Source: a virus
Lineage: Duplodnaviria; Caudoviricetes
Direction: 5' to 3' (one strand)
IMG/VR virus record: IMGVR_UViG_3300024222_000034
Coordinates: 1-46,074 of that record
Length of the DNA stretch: 46,074 nucleotides
Positions 24,576 to 34,014 of this stretch are shown here, piece after piece. The notes beneath the pieces are model-generated. The model was not told the DNA's origin and ran no database searches. It saw only the letters and a list, made by a program, of their open reading frames with translations. A program made the translations under genes and the position numbers. Position 1 is the first letter of the stretch. Every line of letters begins with the position of its first letter.

Positions 24576-25499
24576 TTACGCTCCTGGCGAACCATAGAAT
24601 CCCAAATAGTTTACCGCACCCGTACCAAACAGGCGAACAGCGGAGAACTTCAGGTTCTTGGTATCGAAATCATTATCACGGTCAAGCATAACAGGGTCTA
24701 CATCAGTAAAGACTAGGCCGTCTTCTTCGTCCGTTTTAATGAACCAAGCATCCGTATCGGTCAACCAAGGAGAAACTATAATTTCCAATGGGTTGTTGCT
24801 ACGAGTATTAGAAATCGGGTTAATCGTGTTGTTGCCAGAATCAAGTTCATACTCAGTTTCAAAAATCTTTCGAACAAGGTTCTTGGACTGTACAGGAACG
24901 ATGATTTTCATTGGCCTAACCACGATAGGAAGATTCTGGTCATCCACAAAAAGCCCAATATCAATATCCGCCTGTTCGATGGCCGTCTGTGAAAGGTCGG
25001 CAGCCGTAGATGGAGTGTTCTTCTGGGTGGTGTTATTAGCGGCTACCAGAAGATGCGCCGAGTTGAACAAACTCTTGCCATCCGCCGTTAGTGTTGGAGT
25101 CGTAGCAGTTGAGAAGCCGTTATTCAGGAGGTTGAATACTACGGTTTCCTCAGTCCTACGCACCGCCTGAGCTAACTGCTGGGGGATAGCAGAGAACTTG
25201 TCATACTGGTCATAGCGCATCATCTCATAAGTAATGGTAGAGCCAATACCATAGGTTACGTTGATGATTTCACGGGGAAAGCCTTGGTATTTATCGCGGT
25301 AAGGGATACCTGCGCCTTGGTCTTTGACACCAGCGAGGCCGTAATTGGTAATGCCTTGGAATTTCTCAAACTGTTTGTCCGATTGGTGGACATCAACAAT
25401 CTTTTCCCAAAGTGGTTCCCAGTCTTGATAGGAGTCACCGAACCAACCTAAAATACCGGGCCAGAGGTCTTCTGAAAATGCACCAGTTGCCATTACCAT
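24576..25499 (-). CDS. Major capsid protein (HK97 fold, Mu gpT-like family)
   Basis: L.PG...WFG..Y...ADGK.LF...H...DLS...E.A...P..L.VP...WLTDTDAWFI.TD...DFDT.N.K.....FYGSPGA. Confidence 0.92.
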   Translation of the reverse strand: MVMATGAFSEDLWPGILGWFGDSYQDWEPLWEKIVDVHQSDKQFEKFQGITNYGLAGVKDQGAGIPYRDKYQGFPREIINVTYGIGSTITYEMMRYDQYDKFSAIPQQLAQAVRRTEETVVFNLLNNGFSTATTPTLTADGKSLFNSAHLLVAANNTTQKNTPSTAADLSQTAIEQADIDIGLFVDDQNLPIVVRPMKIIVPVQSKNLVRKIFETEYELDSGNNTINPISNTRSNNPLEIIVSPWLTDTDAWFIKTDEEDGLVFTDVDPVMLDRDNDFDTKNLKFSAVRLFGTGAVNYLGFYGSPGA

Positions 25500-25511
25500 A
25501 ATTTATTCTCC

Positions 25512-26072
25512 TTATGCTGCGCCAGCGGTTGAAGCGTGCAGTAAATGGCGGTTCCATTTTACTTCAACGCCGTTATTAGCCCCACCACCCGTACCCTTAC
25601 CCGCTAGTTCATCAAACGGGCCGATATTAATAAGCTTGAATAGGTCATTGATGGAAGCAGAAGCGGGGATGTCCACGGACTGGCCTGAAAGCCCTGTCTG
25701 GTTATTAGCAGCCGACTGGTCAATAACTAGGTTCTTGCCTATGTTGCTGAGGCCAACCGAGGTCACGCACTGGACATAATAAGTCTGGTTGGGGTCGAAG
25801 CATACATCAACACGACCGGGCTGTGCCGAGCCTATGACTTTCGTGGTATTGAAGGTAAGCGGCCTACCAGCGGAATTATATACCGCGATTACTACGCCAA
25901 AGCCTACTTGGTCGGGGTCTTGGCCTGCGGTACAACGAACTGCAATGCCGCCCGTAAGGGCAACAGCGTCGCCTTTGGCGATAGTCTGTCCACCACCGGC
26001 AGAAGCAGGGAAGCTTCTAATCCAGTCTGCCACAGGCTGACGACTGGGAATGAAACCATTTCTATTTGCCAT
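25512..26072 (-). CDS. Capsid cement / minor capsid protein
   Basis: MAN..GF.P...I.KGD.V...G+..G...DP...Y.VQ; conserved position before MCP. Confidence 0.7.
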   Translation of the reverse strand: MANRNGFIPSRQPVADWIRSFPASAGGGQTIAKGDAVALTGGIAVRCTAGQDPDQVGFGVVIAVYNSAGRPLTFNTTKVIGSAQPGRVDVCFDPNQTYYVQCVTSVGLSNIGKNLVIDQSAANNQTGLSGQSVDIPASASINDLFKLINIGPFDELAGKGTGGGANNGVEVKWNRHLLHASTAGAA

Positions 26073-26085
26073 ATTCTCTCCTTAG

Positions 26086-26559
26086 TTAATCTATTACCTG
26101 CGTACCAGTTCTTGAAGAAATCGTTATTTCGCCATGCGAAGCCGCGCCTTCTTTTCCTATTTCCTTTTTAACGTGAGCGGTTAAGCCAGCAGTCCTTCTA
26201 TTTGTTTCGCTCTGGTAATAATCGTCACGCTCTAAAGCTAATTCTTCGGGCAACCTTTGTAAGATAACATCATGTTTTTCTTGTATCGAACTTAGGTTAG
26301 CACCGTCATTAATCTTACCAGAAGGAACATTAAGGGATTTATCAGAAGTAATTTTACTTACCGTTTCCCACCCCTCCGCTTCTTTTTTAGCTAGATTATC
26401 AGGGTTCTTATTAGCCCAGCGATAACGATAGCCATCTTCTTTATTGATTACTTCGGTAACGCTTGCAGGTTTCCACGAGGAATGCCCTTTCTTAAAGGGT
26501 GCGGCATCCTTCTTAGGTCTGCCGCGAGTGGAAACTGTTATTTCTTGGGGATTGCTCAT
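26086..26559 (-). CDS. Conserved head-module protein
   Basis: WKP.S.......GY.YRW......N......EGWE.V; L..LPEE....R..YY. Confidence 0.75.
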   Translation of the reverse strand: MSNPQEITVSTRGRPKKDAAPFKKGHSSWKPASVTEVINKEDGYRYRWANKNPDNLAKKEAEGWETVSKITSDKSLNVPSGKINDGANLSSIQEKHDVILQRLPEELALERDDYYQSETNRRTAGLTAHVKKEIGKEGAASHGEITISSRTGTQVID

Positions 26560-27494
26560 TGGCGTGCTCCTTTGGTTGATTTCACTAGCTCAACTTGTTT
26601 CTGATACCATGCTAATTTATCGGCATCAGATTTTTTAGGGCCGCCCATCCTAAGCGCTATCTCTTGTTGCTTAGGTGTTAGGGTTACTTTATTTGATTTC
26701 TTTCCGTTTGTCAAATTAGCTCCCATCACGTTAGATGATACTGTTCTTTTTGCCACGCCCATTCTCCTATCTATTTCAGCTATTTTTTGTTCAGTGGTAG
26801 CAAACCGTGGATTATTCCAAACCGCCGCTGCCTCGCGCGCAGCCTGTATGTGCAGAGGCGAGGAACTGTAAGCCCACGGCCTTAGTGGTGTTCCTGATTC
26901 ATCTCGTTCATCCTGCCATGTAGCAATCAACCTGGCATCGTTAGGGTCAAGTTCGCCATCCTGAACACTACGTTGTGCAATCTCCGCCGCGTTATTAAAT
27001 TGCTGTTGCGGTTGATTCTGGTTCTGAGATTGGATTGCTTGGCGTTGAGTAGCGGTGAGTTTTTTATTCAGCTTTATATCCATCAATTTATCATTGATTT
27101 CATCATAGGCTTTTGCGTCGCCACGCTCGAATGCCTGCTGCCTCAGGGTTACAAGTTGGCTTTCACTATCCGCAAAGTTTTTATCCTGAAGATGATTTAC
27201 TACCGTTCCCATTCCGTTGGTGAGTTCGGAAATAAGACGCGATTGCTCTGCAAGGATTTTACGAGAATCACGCTTGTCACGCTCGTTATCCTTTACTTGC
27301 CGGTAAAGATAATCAATGCGCTGCTGGATTTGTTCTGGCGTAGCCGTTGAAGGGTCTACGGGGTCGTAGCCTTCAGGCTTACCTTCTGTCTGCGGCGTTG
27401 GTTGAGTCGTTTCGGCAGACTTGGCCTCCGGCTCCGTAGCCTGTACCGCTGCTGGAGCCGCTGCACCGTTTAGCTCTTGGGTATCTGCTTCCAT
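26556..27494 (-). CDS. Capsid scaffolding protein
   Basis: Acidic N-terminus, Q.RI..L coiled coil, C-terminal V.LT..Q..IA..MG. Confidence 0.8.
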   Translation of the reverse strand: MEADTQELNGAAAPAAVQATEPEAKSAETTQPTPQTEGKPEGYDPVDPSTATPEQIQQRIDYLYRQVKDNERDKRDSRKILAEQSRLISELTNGMGTVVNHLQDKNFADSESQLVTLRQQAFERGDAKAYDEINDKLMDIKLNKKLTATQRQAIQSQNQNQPQQQFNNAAEIAQRSVQDGELDPNDARLIATWQDERDESGTPLRPWAYSSSPLHIQAAREAAAVWNNPRFATTEQKIAEIDRRMGVAKRTVSSNVMGANLTNGKKSNKVTLTPKQQEIALRMGGPKKSDADKLAWYQKQVELVKSTKGARQ

Positions 27495-27495
27495 G

Positions 27496-27687
27496 CTATT
27501 CTCCTCTTGATAAAACTATGTCAAAGGCTGTTTCCAATGGAGTTTGAGCATCAGGATGAATTAATTTACCGTCACTTTGGTAAAAAATAACGGAGTTTGT
27601 GCCGTTAATTGTAACCATCTTTCCGAATCCTTCGCGCTCTTCTACATCTGCCTCCACTTCTAATCCGCATCTGAATTTAATCTTCAT
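27496..27687 (-). CDS. Hypothetical protein
   Basis: AGGAGG SD; between GroES and scaffold. Confidence 0.65.
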   Translation of the reverse strand: MKIKFRCGLEVEADVEEREGFGKMVTINGTNSVIFYQSDGKLIHPDAQTPLETAFDIVLSRGE

Positions 27688-27689
27688 AA

Positions 27690-28028
27690 TTAATCCTCCT
27701 TGGTTACTGCTAAAATATCTTCATCCGCACAAATAAATAATGTGCCTTCATCATTACCGCCTGTATAAGTGGCATCAAGCCAAGCTCCTGCATGTTTGCC
27801 GAATACTACCTTGTCGCCTACGTTTAATGATTTTATCATTATCTCATTGCCTTGCCCATCATAGGAACGAGTCCATCCGGCTGTTTCGCCTAGCGCAACA
27901 ATAGTTCCGTTGGAATGGGCATGGCGTTTGGCGTTGGGAATAATAATTCCGCCCGCTGATTTTTCCTGTACTTCCCGCTTGATGAGTACGCGGCCGAATT
28001 TAGGTTGATATTTTACGCTGGGCTCCAT
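27690..28028 (-). CDS. groES: Co-chaperonin GroES (Cpn10)
   Basis: QP..GRVLIKR...EKSAGGIIIP...G.IVALG...VGDKVVFGK.AG...DEDILAV. Confidence 0.95.
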   Translation of the reverse strand: MEPSVKYQPKFGRVLIKREVQEKSAGGIIIPNAKRHAHSNGTIVALGETAGWTRSYDGQGNEIMIKSLNVGDKVVFGKHAGAWLDATYTGGNDEGTLFICADEDILAVTKED

Positions 28029-28777
28029 TGACTTATTGCTTGTAAGAGACTTGAGGTATCTGGTCTTCCACCCAACCCTAATTTAGATAGGTAACTACCT
28101 TCAATCGGGCTTAGGCTGCTCATATCTGATGTTTTACCGCTCTGGTCTACTAATTTCCTGTTTTCTAAATTGAGGAAGTATTGCTGTTCCTGTGGGCCTA
28201 ATCCACCACCGTATACGCCTTGCGTTGCTAAATTTGTGGATTGTTGTAGGGGGGACTGGTCACTGAAGCTTGAAAGGCTAGACGGTAGAGCCGCTTGAGC
28301 TGATTGTGTGGGTTGGAATGGCGCTGGGCCAGAGGGAGCAGATGGTTGAGCGCCAATACTGCTACCAAGACTATTGCCAGCGTAACTTCCTAGCGCACCA
28401 CCGATACTAGTATTTGCTATACTAGAACCTATGGCATTAGCGCCCGATTCACCGAGCAATCCAGTTATGCCAGAACTAATGTCACCGCCAGCCGAACCAA
28501 ATAAACCCCCAGCGAAAGGACTAATAGCACCTTCGCCTATTGCGTTGGCTGTTCCGCTTCCTAGCGAACTTCCTACTGTTCCCAACCCGCTACCAAAACT
28601 ACTGCCAAGTGCGTTTCCCGCAAAAGTTCCTAAACCACCAAGGAGGCCAGATTCTAAACTATGATTTTTTACTCCGCTGTAAGTTCCGGCAGCGGCTGCA
28701 CCAAGGAAAGGGCCGCCTAATGCGGTACCTATTAACCCAACCGCGACAGGAGCTATTATATCAAGGAATTTTCCCAT
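28013..28777 (-). CDS. Gly/Ser-rich virion protein (pilot/ejection-like)
   Basis: IAPVAVG.IG..LGGP..GAA glycine-zipper N-terminus. Confidence 0.6.
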   Translation of the reverse strand: MGKFLDIIAPVAVGLIGTALGGPFLGAAAAGTYSGVKNHSLESGLLGGLGTFAGNALGSSFGSGLGTVGSSLGSGTANAIGEGAISPFAGGLFGSAGGDISSGITGLLGESGANAIGSSIANTSIGGALGSYAGNSLGSSIGAQPSAPSGPAPFQPTQSAQAALPSSLSSFSDQSPLQQSTNLATQGVYGGGLGPQEQQYFLNLENRKLVDQSGKTSDMSSLSPIEGSYLSKLGLGGRPDTSSLLQAISQWSPA

Positions 28778-29124
28778 TACTTCATACCATTTAAGGAATT
28801 ACGCGAAGTATTATATCCAACGTAATTATTATTTTTTAATTGTGACAGCAAATCACCCCCCCCCATACCGCCTTGGGTTATGGGCTGCAATGATTGGGTG
28901 CTTTGTGAATAAAATTGGTCGGTGGGGTTATTCTGCATATAAGATTGGAAAGGGGCATCATATCTGGCATGGTTGCCAGTAAAAAGACTTCCATCTTGAT
29001 TATGAAAATATGGGCTTTCAATGCCATATTTCTGGTCTTGGGTAAGGGGAACGGCAGGGTTTAAAGCCTGCTGTTTATTAATAGCCTGCAAAGCCGGAGC
29101 GAGATGTTGCATGAATGCACCCAT
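28777..29124 (-). CDS. Hypothetical protein
   Basis: TAATG coupling to the next gene. Confidence 0.6.
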   Translation of the reverse strand: MGAFMQHLAPALQAINKQQALNPAVPLTQDQKYGIESPYFHNQDGSLFTGNHARYDAPFQSYMQNNPTDQFYSQSTQSLQPITQGGMGGGDLLSQLKNNNYVGYNTSRNSLNGMK

Positions 29125-29184
29125 CCCAAAAGGATAACAACTAAAAATCCTTAATCAAGCGAGGGGGGCGGTTTTTGCGAATAT

Positions 29185-29595
29185 TTATTTAATTATCTCA
29201 CAAACATAGCCAATTACTTTGCTGTCAGGGAATAGTTTAGCCCATCCTTTGCGGCCTATGAAAGCCATTCTCTTTATTCCAGACAAATCAGCAAACTCGT
29301 GCAGGAACTTAACAAAATCATCTTTCCATTCCCCCAGATTATCAGCGCCCACTAAAGCAGGGGATAATATTTTACCGTTTTCTGTGTCGTAAGTAAGAAG
29401 ATAAATTGTACCAATTATATCATCCCCTGAAACAACCAGATAAATATTACCGTAGCCCTTAGCGGCTATCTCTAGGGTGACGGCGAGGTTAGAAGTACTG
29501 GCTGGTGTCCGCTTTATCGCTTCTTCGAGGAATTTAACAGCCTTAAACGGGAGATAAGGAATATTCTCCGGTTTTACTTTAAGGAACTCAATCAT
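29185..29595 (-). CDS. GNAT-fold phage morphogenesis protein
   Basis: W......L..FA...G.......GRKGW.K motif. Confidence 0.65.
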   Translation of the reverse strand: MIEFLKVKPENIPYLPFKAVKFLEEAIKRTPASTSNLAVTLEIAAKGYGNIYLVVSGDDIIGTIYLLTYDTENGKILSPALVGADNLGEWKDDFVKFLHEFADLSGIKRMAFIGRKGWAKLFPDSKVIGYVCEIIK

Positions 29596-29809
29596 CCTTG
29601 CATAATTGGTGGAGGCGCTGAATTACCTGAGCTTGTCCCGCTCGCAGGTGTGCTTCCTCCCATGTTTTGGGGAGAGAGGAGGGCGGCAAGTCCGGGAAGG
29701 TTAGGCGGAGCTGCTCCATTACCCATCGGGTTGTGAAGTCCGCCTGCCAGTGCATTAGCTGGCTCCTGTCCGGCTTGGGAGTTTTCGAGGACTCCGTGTT
29801 GTTGGCCAT
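29588..29809 (-). CDS. Small gene nested in the portal 3' end (alternative frame, 73 aa)
   Basis: GAGG SD 9 nt before ATG; W....T.W+..L...AG..Q.I..L resembles small post-portal proteins. Confidence 0.6.
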   Translation of the reverse strand: MANNTESSKTPKPDRSQLMHWQADFTTRWVMEQLRLTFPDLPPSSLPKTWEEAHLRAGQAQVIQRLHQLCKDD

Positions 29810-31823
29810 AAAAATATGCCTCATGCTTTCTTTTGTGAAGTGCTATTAATTGTTGTTGCTCAGGGTCGGTAAGCATCGGCCCATATTGTAATACAAATCC
29901 CTCTAGTGTGGCTAGGTGTTTTGCGTGGTCTTGGTCTGGGAATACATCAAAAGGCGTCCTTTTATCGGGAGTAAGCATAAACTGCATATTCTCCCACTCT
30001 TGGTTATCAACATCCTGTGGCTCAGGAGGAGGTGGAATAAGTGCATCAATATTATCCACATCAAGGGCTTTGAAATACCTCTTATAAGCCTCATCGAACA
30101 CTTGGGGCCGTTGCTGGCTGTTGGGATTTTGGATAGTAGCCTGTAACTCAGCTTGTGCGCGAGCTACTTTCTGGGCTTGGGTAGCGAATTTAGGGTCAAA
30201 AATAGGCTGTATAAGCATATCGTCTTGGTAATCAGCCCTTGTAATCATCATCGGAGCGTCATTGACCGTATAATAATCAACAAGTGGCATATAACGCTGG
30301 TTAATGCGATAAATCTTCTGCAATTCCTCGCTTAAAGAGTTAGCAAGGCGCATCTGTACGCTGGAGAAGGTTTCCATTGCCTGCTCAACTTCAGCCAGAT
30401 AGGTCGTAGGCTGCGTAACAGCATCAGGCGTGCCAGTAGTCGCCTCAGTGGTCGCACCCAGCCGTTGCGCCCTTGAATCAAGCATTTCCATGATTTTCAT
30501 TAATGCTTCGTTGGGGCCGGGGAACTTCATCAACATGATGGAATTCTGGAAATCTCCGATAGTGTCGGGAATTTTAGTAAGTTTACCTAATACCATCCGT
30601 ATATCATCGGACTGTATGCCAAGCCTTTCGCTTATGAATCCTGACATATTTCCGTCATTAGCAAGCGTAGCGGCATCCATAGACTGGCGGAGCATGATAT
30701 TCACTGCGCTATTTAAATCACCTATCGAATGGCCGAGGCCAAGGCCGTAGAAACCGTCAGGGTTTTCTTTAAACTTATAATGCGTGAAATACTGAATCTG
30801 TTCGTATTCTTTTAACGGGTTGCCTACTTGGTCGGCTTCATAACCGATAGTCAGCCGCATCAAGCGCTTGCTCGCTGCACAGATTGTAGCGATGTATGGC
30901 TTGAACTCCCCGTTACCATCTAAATCAAGGTAAAAATGTTGCTCTAAGAGAACAGCGGGCCTATCGCGTTTCAGCTTGTTATTACTAGGGCTATTCAAGC
31001 CTTGGCTTTCGTCTACTTTAACGTTGTAAGGCGTCTTTCCCTCATAATGTGAAGGCTGCGCGGGTTGGGTAAAATAACCTTTGTTTGTTAAATCCTGCGT
31101 TTCGCCTACCGTTGAATAAATAATATGCGTTTTACGGCGTAAATCCTCAATCCGGCAGGAACCTACTGTGTAATTTACTACTAAATCCGTAGGCCTTACG
31201 TTTATAATCTTGGGGCATAGTTTTTTAATATCAGGGAAGGTTTTAGTAAAGAAACTTCCGTGGACGGCAGTACCTAAGAATAACGCATCTTTTTCCTTCT
31301 TATACGTCCTATCTTTAAAACCAAGTTGATAGGACATGTGATGACCGATGCGCTCTGCTCTATCCTCTAAATCTGATTGGTTAGCTGAAGTCCTGCGCAT
31401 GGGGATAGCAGATATGAAAGTATCATTAGGAAAGAAGGATTTATATGTGCGGGTTTGGAACTGGTCGGCGGCTTCAGAAAGGATAGGCATACTCTCCGTA
31501 GCTCCCCAGTATCTTTCAGGGTCGGAGTTCTCAGCATAATCCTGCTGCATGTAAAGGGAGAGCCAGTAGGTATGCTGCTCTAGCCATTCAGCGCGGCTTT
31601 CGTCATCGTCTTTGAATCCGTTATGGACTTCCTGTGAAACTTCCCTTGCTAAATTAGTATCAATATCTTGGGCAAGGTTGTATGTCTCAGCAGCATTGAT
31701 AACAACGTCTTGCTGTTCTGCCTGAGTAAGCTGTTCTAGTAACTGCTGGCCTTGCTCAGTCTGCGGGGGGTCTTGCGCCACCATTTGAGCAAGCTGTGAA
31801 TCGCGTTCCGTTGAGTCTTGCAT
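29592..31823 (-). CDS. Portal protein
   Basis: 743 aa; D..SR.EW, P.L.EA..QFQ, GS.F.K, GFYGLG....G.L......LRQ..DA.TL.N, QDH..H. Confidence 0.92.
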   Translation of the reverse strand: MQDSTERDSQLAQMVAQDPPQTEQGQQLLEQLTQAEQQDVVINAAETYNLAQDIDTNLAREVSQEVHNGFKDDDESRAEWLEQHTYWLSLYMQQDYAENSDPERYWGATESMPILSEAADQFQTRTYKSFFPNDTFISAIPMRRTSANQSDLEDRAERIGHHMSYQLGFKDRTYKKEKDALFLGTAVHGSFFTKTFPDIKKLCPKIINVRPTDLVVNYTVGSCRIEDLRRKTHIIYSTVGETQDLTNKGYFTQPAQPSHYEGKTPYNVKVDESQGLNSPSNNKLKRDRPAVLLEQHFYLDLDGNGEFKPYIATICAASKRLMRLTIGYEADQVGNPLKEYEQIQYFTHYKFKENPDGFYGLGLGHSIGDLNSAVNIMLRQSMDAATLANDGNMSGFISERLGIQSDDIRMVLGKLTKIPDTIGDFQNSIMLMKFPGPNEALMKIMEMLDSRAQRLGATTEATTGTPDAVTQPTTYLAEVEQAMETFSSVQMRLANSLSEELQKIYRINQRYMPLVDYYTVNDAPMMITRADYQDDMLIQPIFDPKFATQAQKVARAQAELQATIQNPNSQQRPQVFDEAYKRYFKALDVDNIDALIPPPPEPQDVDNQEWENMQFMLTPDKRTPFDVFPDQDHAKHLATLEGFVLQYGPMLTDPEQQQLIALHKRKHEAYFYGQQHGVLENSQAGQEPANALAGGLHNPMGNGAAPPNLPGLAALLSPQNMGGSTPASGTSSGNSAPPPIMQG

Positions 31824-33430
31824 TTCAACAATTCCTTGTAGGTTATTGTTTTGTTCCCCGTCATTTTAGCGATTTGTTCCCTATTACGCAAATGTGAGAG
31901 TTTTTTATGCTTTATCATGAAGGGAATCATGCCCTCACCTTCAGCATCAAGCTCGAAAGTATTGGCATCAATTAAAGACTTCATCTCCAATAACTGTGCG
32001 TAAAGTTGCGGCTCAGTCCAGAAACACCGTTTCGCACTTACATAACGCTCATCATAGGTAAGCGAGAATTCGAGGTACTTAGGTTGGCCTCTTTCATCGC
32101 GTTCATCTAAATTAGGCTTATCAGGGAAAGCTAAGTCATATCCATAAAGTTTGAATCTCTTAAAACCTAAATGGTTGAGGACAAATAATCCTCGTGTTGC
32201 TGTCGCACTGCCACCCGAAATAATAGCATAGGGCTGTTTATTAGTTATTTCATGTTCCCCAGCGCCTACAGCGGCGTGGTAGCCGTAAACGGTACAACCT
32301 GAACTTATAAGCTTCCTGACTACCTTAGGATGAACCTGAGAGGCCACAAACCATATTACATCAGTATCAGGCTCCTGAACGAAATCTAGGACGTGTGGGC
32401 GAGGGTCGAGGAGGATTGTAGCCCAAGGTTTAATCCCAGCCGCCTTGAGTCTCTCTAATGCGTTTTTAACGGCCACAATCTTTTTACCAGCCGCGACCTC
32501 CTTACGGACATCTTCCGCTACTAATGTAGGCCCAGCAGAAACTATAACTATCTCCTCATCCGTAGGAACACAGGATTTAACCCAATTCTTTATCATCTCT
32601 TGGTTTTCTTCAATCTGCCTGCAAATATCCTCATTAGGGATAGAGTTCTGGGTTTGTATTACTACTTGCCCTCTTTGTGGCTGCATGGGCATCCTTTGCA
32701 TTGCTAGGTTAGCTTTAGCCTGCGGCCCCTTATAATGGATTGACCATTGCCCCATCGGGCTGAATTGCCATACATCAAGGCCGGGGGCGTTAGGAGTAAG
32801 GTTAGTTACCTTCAAACCTAGTTCTTTCACAATAACATCGAACATCCATGAATCGTGATGTTGCTCTTGGGTTAAAATCCTATCAGTCGAATAAGCTTTT
32901 ACCAGTTCAAGGATTATCTTATCGCCTCCGTTTTCGAGGTCAAACGCTATCCATCCACATTCGCTATGCGGCCAGTCTTTACGCTGGAGCGTAGAAGCTG
33001 CTGCGTCTTTAGGTAAACATGCTTCAATCTCCTGAAAGCTTACTTGACGTTGCGTGAGAACATCAGCATCCATCCATATAAGGTAGCGGGCGGATTGCTG
33101 GCCTTCTTTCTTCTGCTTCATTAACGTATCGTAGGCGAGCGCTATAGCAAATACTTTGTGGCAGAACCTTACCGGCTGGAGGCGGTAGTTATCGGGATGG
33201 TCTTTGTCCTTATTACGTTCAACGAATTCTTTGTGTTCCTTCAGCCAACCCACGCCAATAGCATCTTGTGGACGCACCATTGAAGCCACTTGCGAAGCCA
33301 GTAAATCATCATCTAACTGAATTAAAATAGGTATTTCTTTAGGCCAATACTGTGCGAAAGATTGCACCATTCGCTTGCTATAAATATCCCACGAGTGGTC
33401 TGGAAACGTGCTTACAACTGCTATTGTCAT
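31736..33430 (-). CDS. Bifunctional glycosyltransferase: N-terminal GT-A domain + C-terminal Maf/DUF115-like domain
   Basis: RFCHKVFAI..YLIWMDADV..SECG (GT-A, DxD); IVIVSAGPTL..AVKNA...L...GIKP....LDP..ASQVHP..GGS...RG......LGF....LYGYD. Confidence 0.85.
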   Translation of the reverse strand: MTIAVVSTFPDHSWDIYSKRMVQSFAQYWPKEIPILIQLDDDLLASQVASMVRPQDAIGVGWLKEHKEFVERNKDKDHPDNYRLQPVRFCHKVFAIALAYDTLMKQKKEGQQSARYLIWMDADVLTQRQVSFQEIEACLPKDAAASTLQRKDWPHSECGWIAFDLENGGDKIILELVKAYSTDRILTQEQHHDSWMFDVIVKELGLKVTNLTPNAPGLDVWQFSPMGQWSIHYKGPQAKANLAMQRMPMQPQRGQVVIQTQNSIPNEDICRQIEENQEMIKNWVKSCVPTDEEIVIVSAGPTLVAEDVRKEVAAGKKIVAVKNALERLKAAGIKPWATILLDPRPHVLDFVQEPDTDVIWFVASQVHPKVVRKLISSGCTVYGYHAAVGAGEHEITNKQPYAIISGGSATATRGLFVLNHLGFKRFKLYGYDLAFPDKPNLDERDERGQPKYLEFSLTYDERYVSAKRCFWTEPQLYAQLLEMKSLIDANTFELDAEGEGMIPFMIKHKKLSHLRNREQIAKMTGNKTITYKELLKCKTQRNAIHSLLKWWRKTPRRLSKASSY

Positions 33431-34014
33431 TAAAACCTCTTTGTTAAAATCCCATACCCGAAATTATCGCTGTTCACAAACTTACTCGCGCTAAACCTTT
33501 GCTCTGCATATTGCGTAAACCAAGCGAATGACTTAGCAACAGCAGGAATAGTAATATCGTGGAAGAATACATATTTCTTAGCCCTTTCTGCATAGTTAAT
33601 AGCGTCAGACATCACACTCATCCCGTCATGGGCGGCATCAATCATAACCACATCAGGATAGAACCCGCCGTAAGCACTTGCTACCTTCGCTACAGTTTCT
33701 TGGCTTGTGCTGTCCCCATAAATCTCCTTAACATCGTAATCTTCATCTTTAAGACCCGCTATAACCTCATCCCTTAGGGGTTGGAGTCTTTCCTCTCCGT
33801 AATCTACAATGGCTATCTTGCCACGTGATTTCAAGGCTCTCCCAAGGATATAAAGCGAATTACCTTCAGCAGTCCCTACCTCCAAATAGCTTTCACAGCC
33901 CTTCATGAGATTAAAGACATGCTCTAGTTCGCTTCTGTCTTGGCACATAGGATAGGTGCGTTTTTCTGTCCGTGCCTGCATATCCCGCCAGAGTTCATCA
34001 AAGGTCTTTGGCAT
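33430..34014 (-). CDS. Class I SAM-dependent methyltransferase (Methyltransf_24-like)
   Basis: YLEVGTAEGNS, GDS, DVVMIDAAHD, FHD. Confidence 0.88.
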   Translation of the reverse strand: MPKTFDELWRDMQARTEKRTYPMCQDRSELEHVFNLMKGCESYLEVGTAEGNSLYILGRALKSRGKIAIVDYGEERLQPLRDEVIAGLKDEDYDVKEIYGDSTSQETVAKVASAYGGFYPDVVMIDAAHDGMSVMSDAINYAERAKKYVFFHDITIPAVAKSFAWFTQYAEQRFSASKFVNSDNFGYGILTKRF

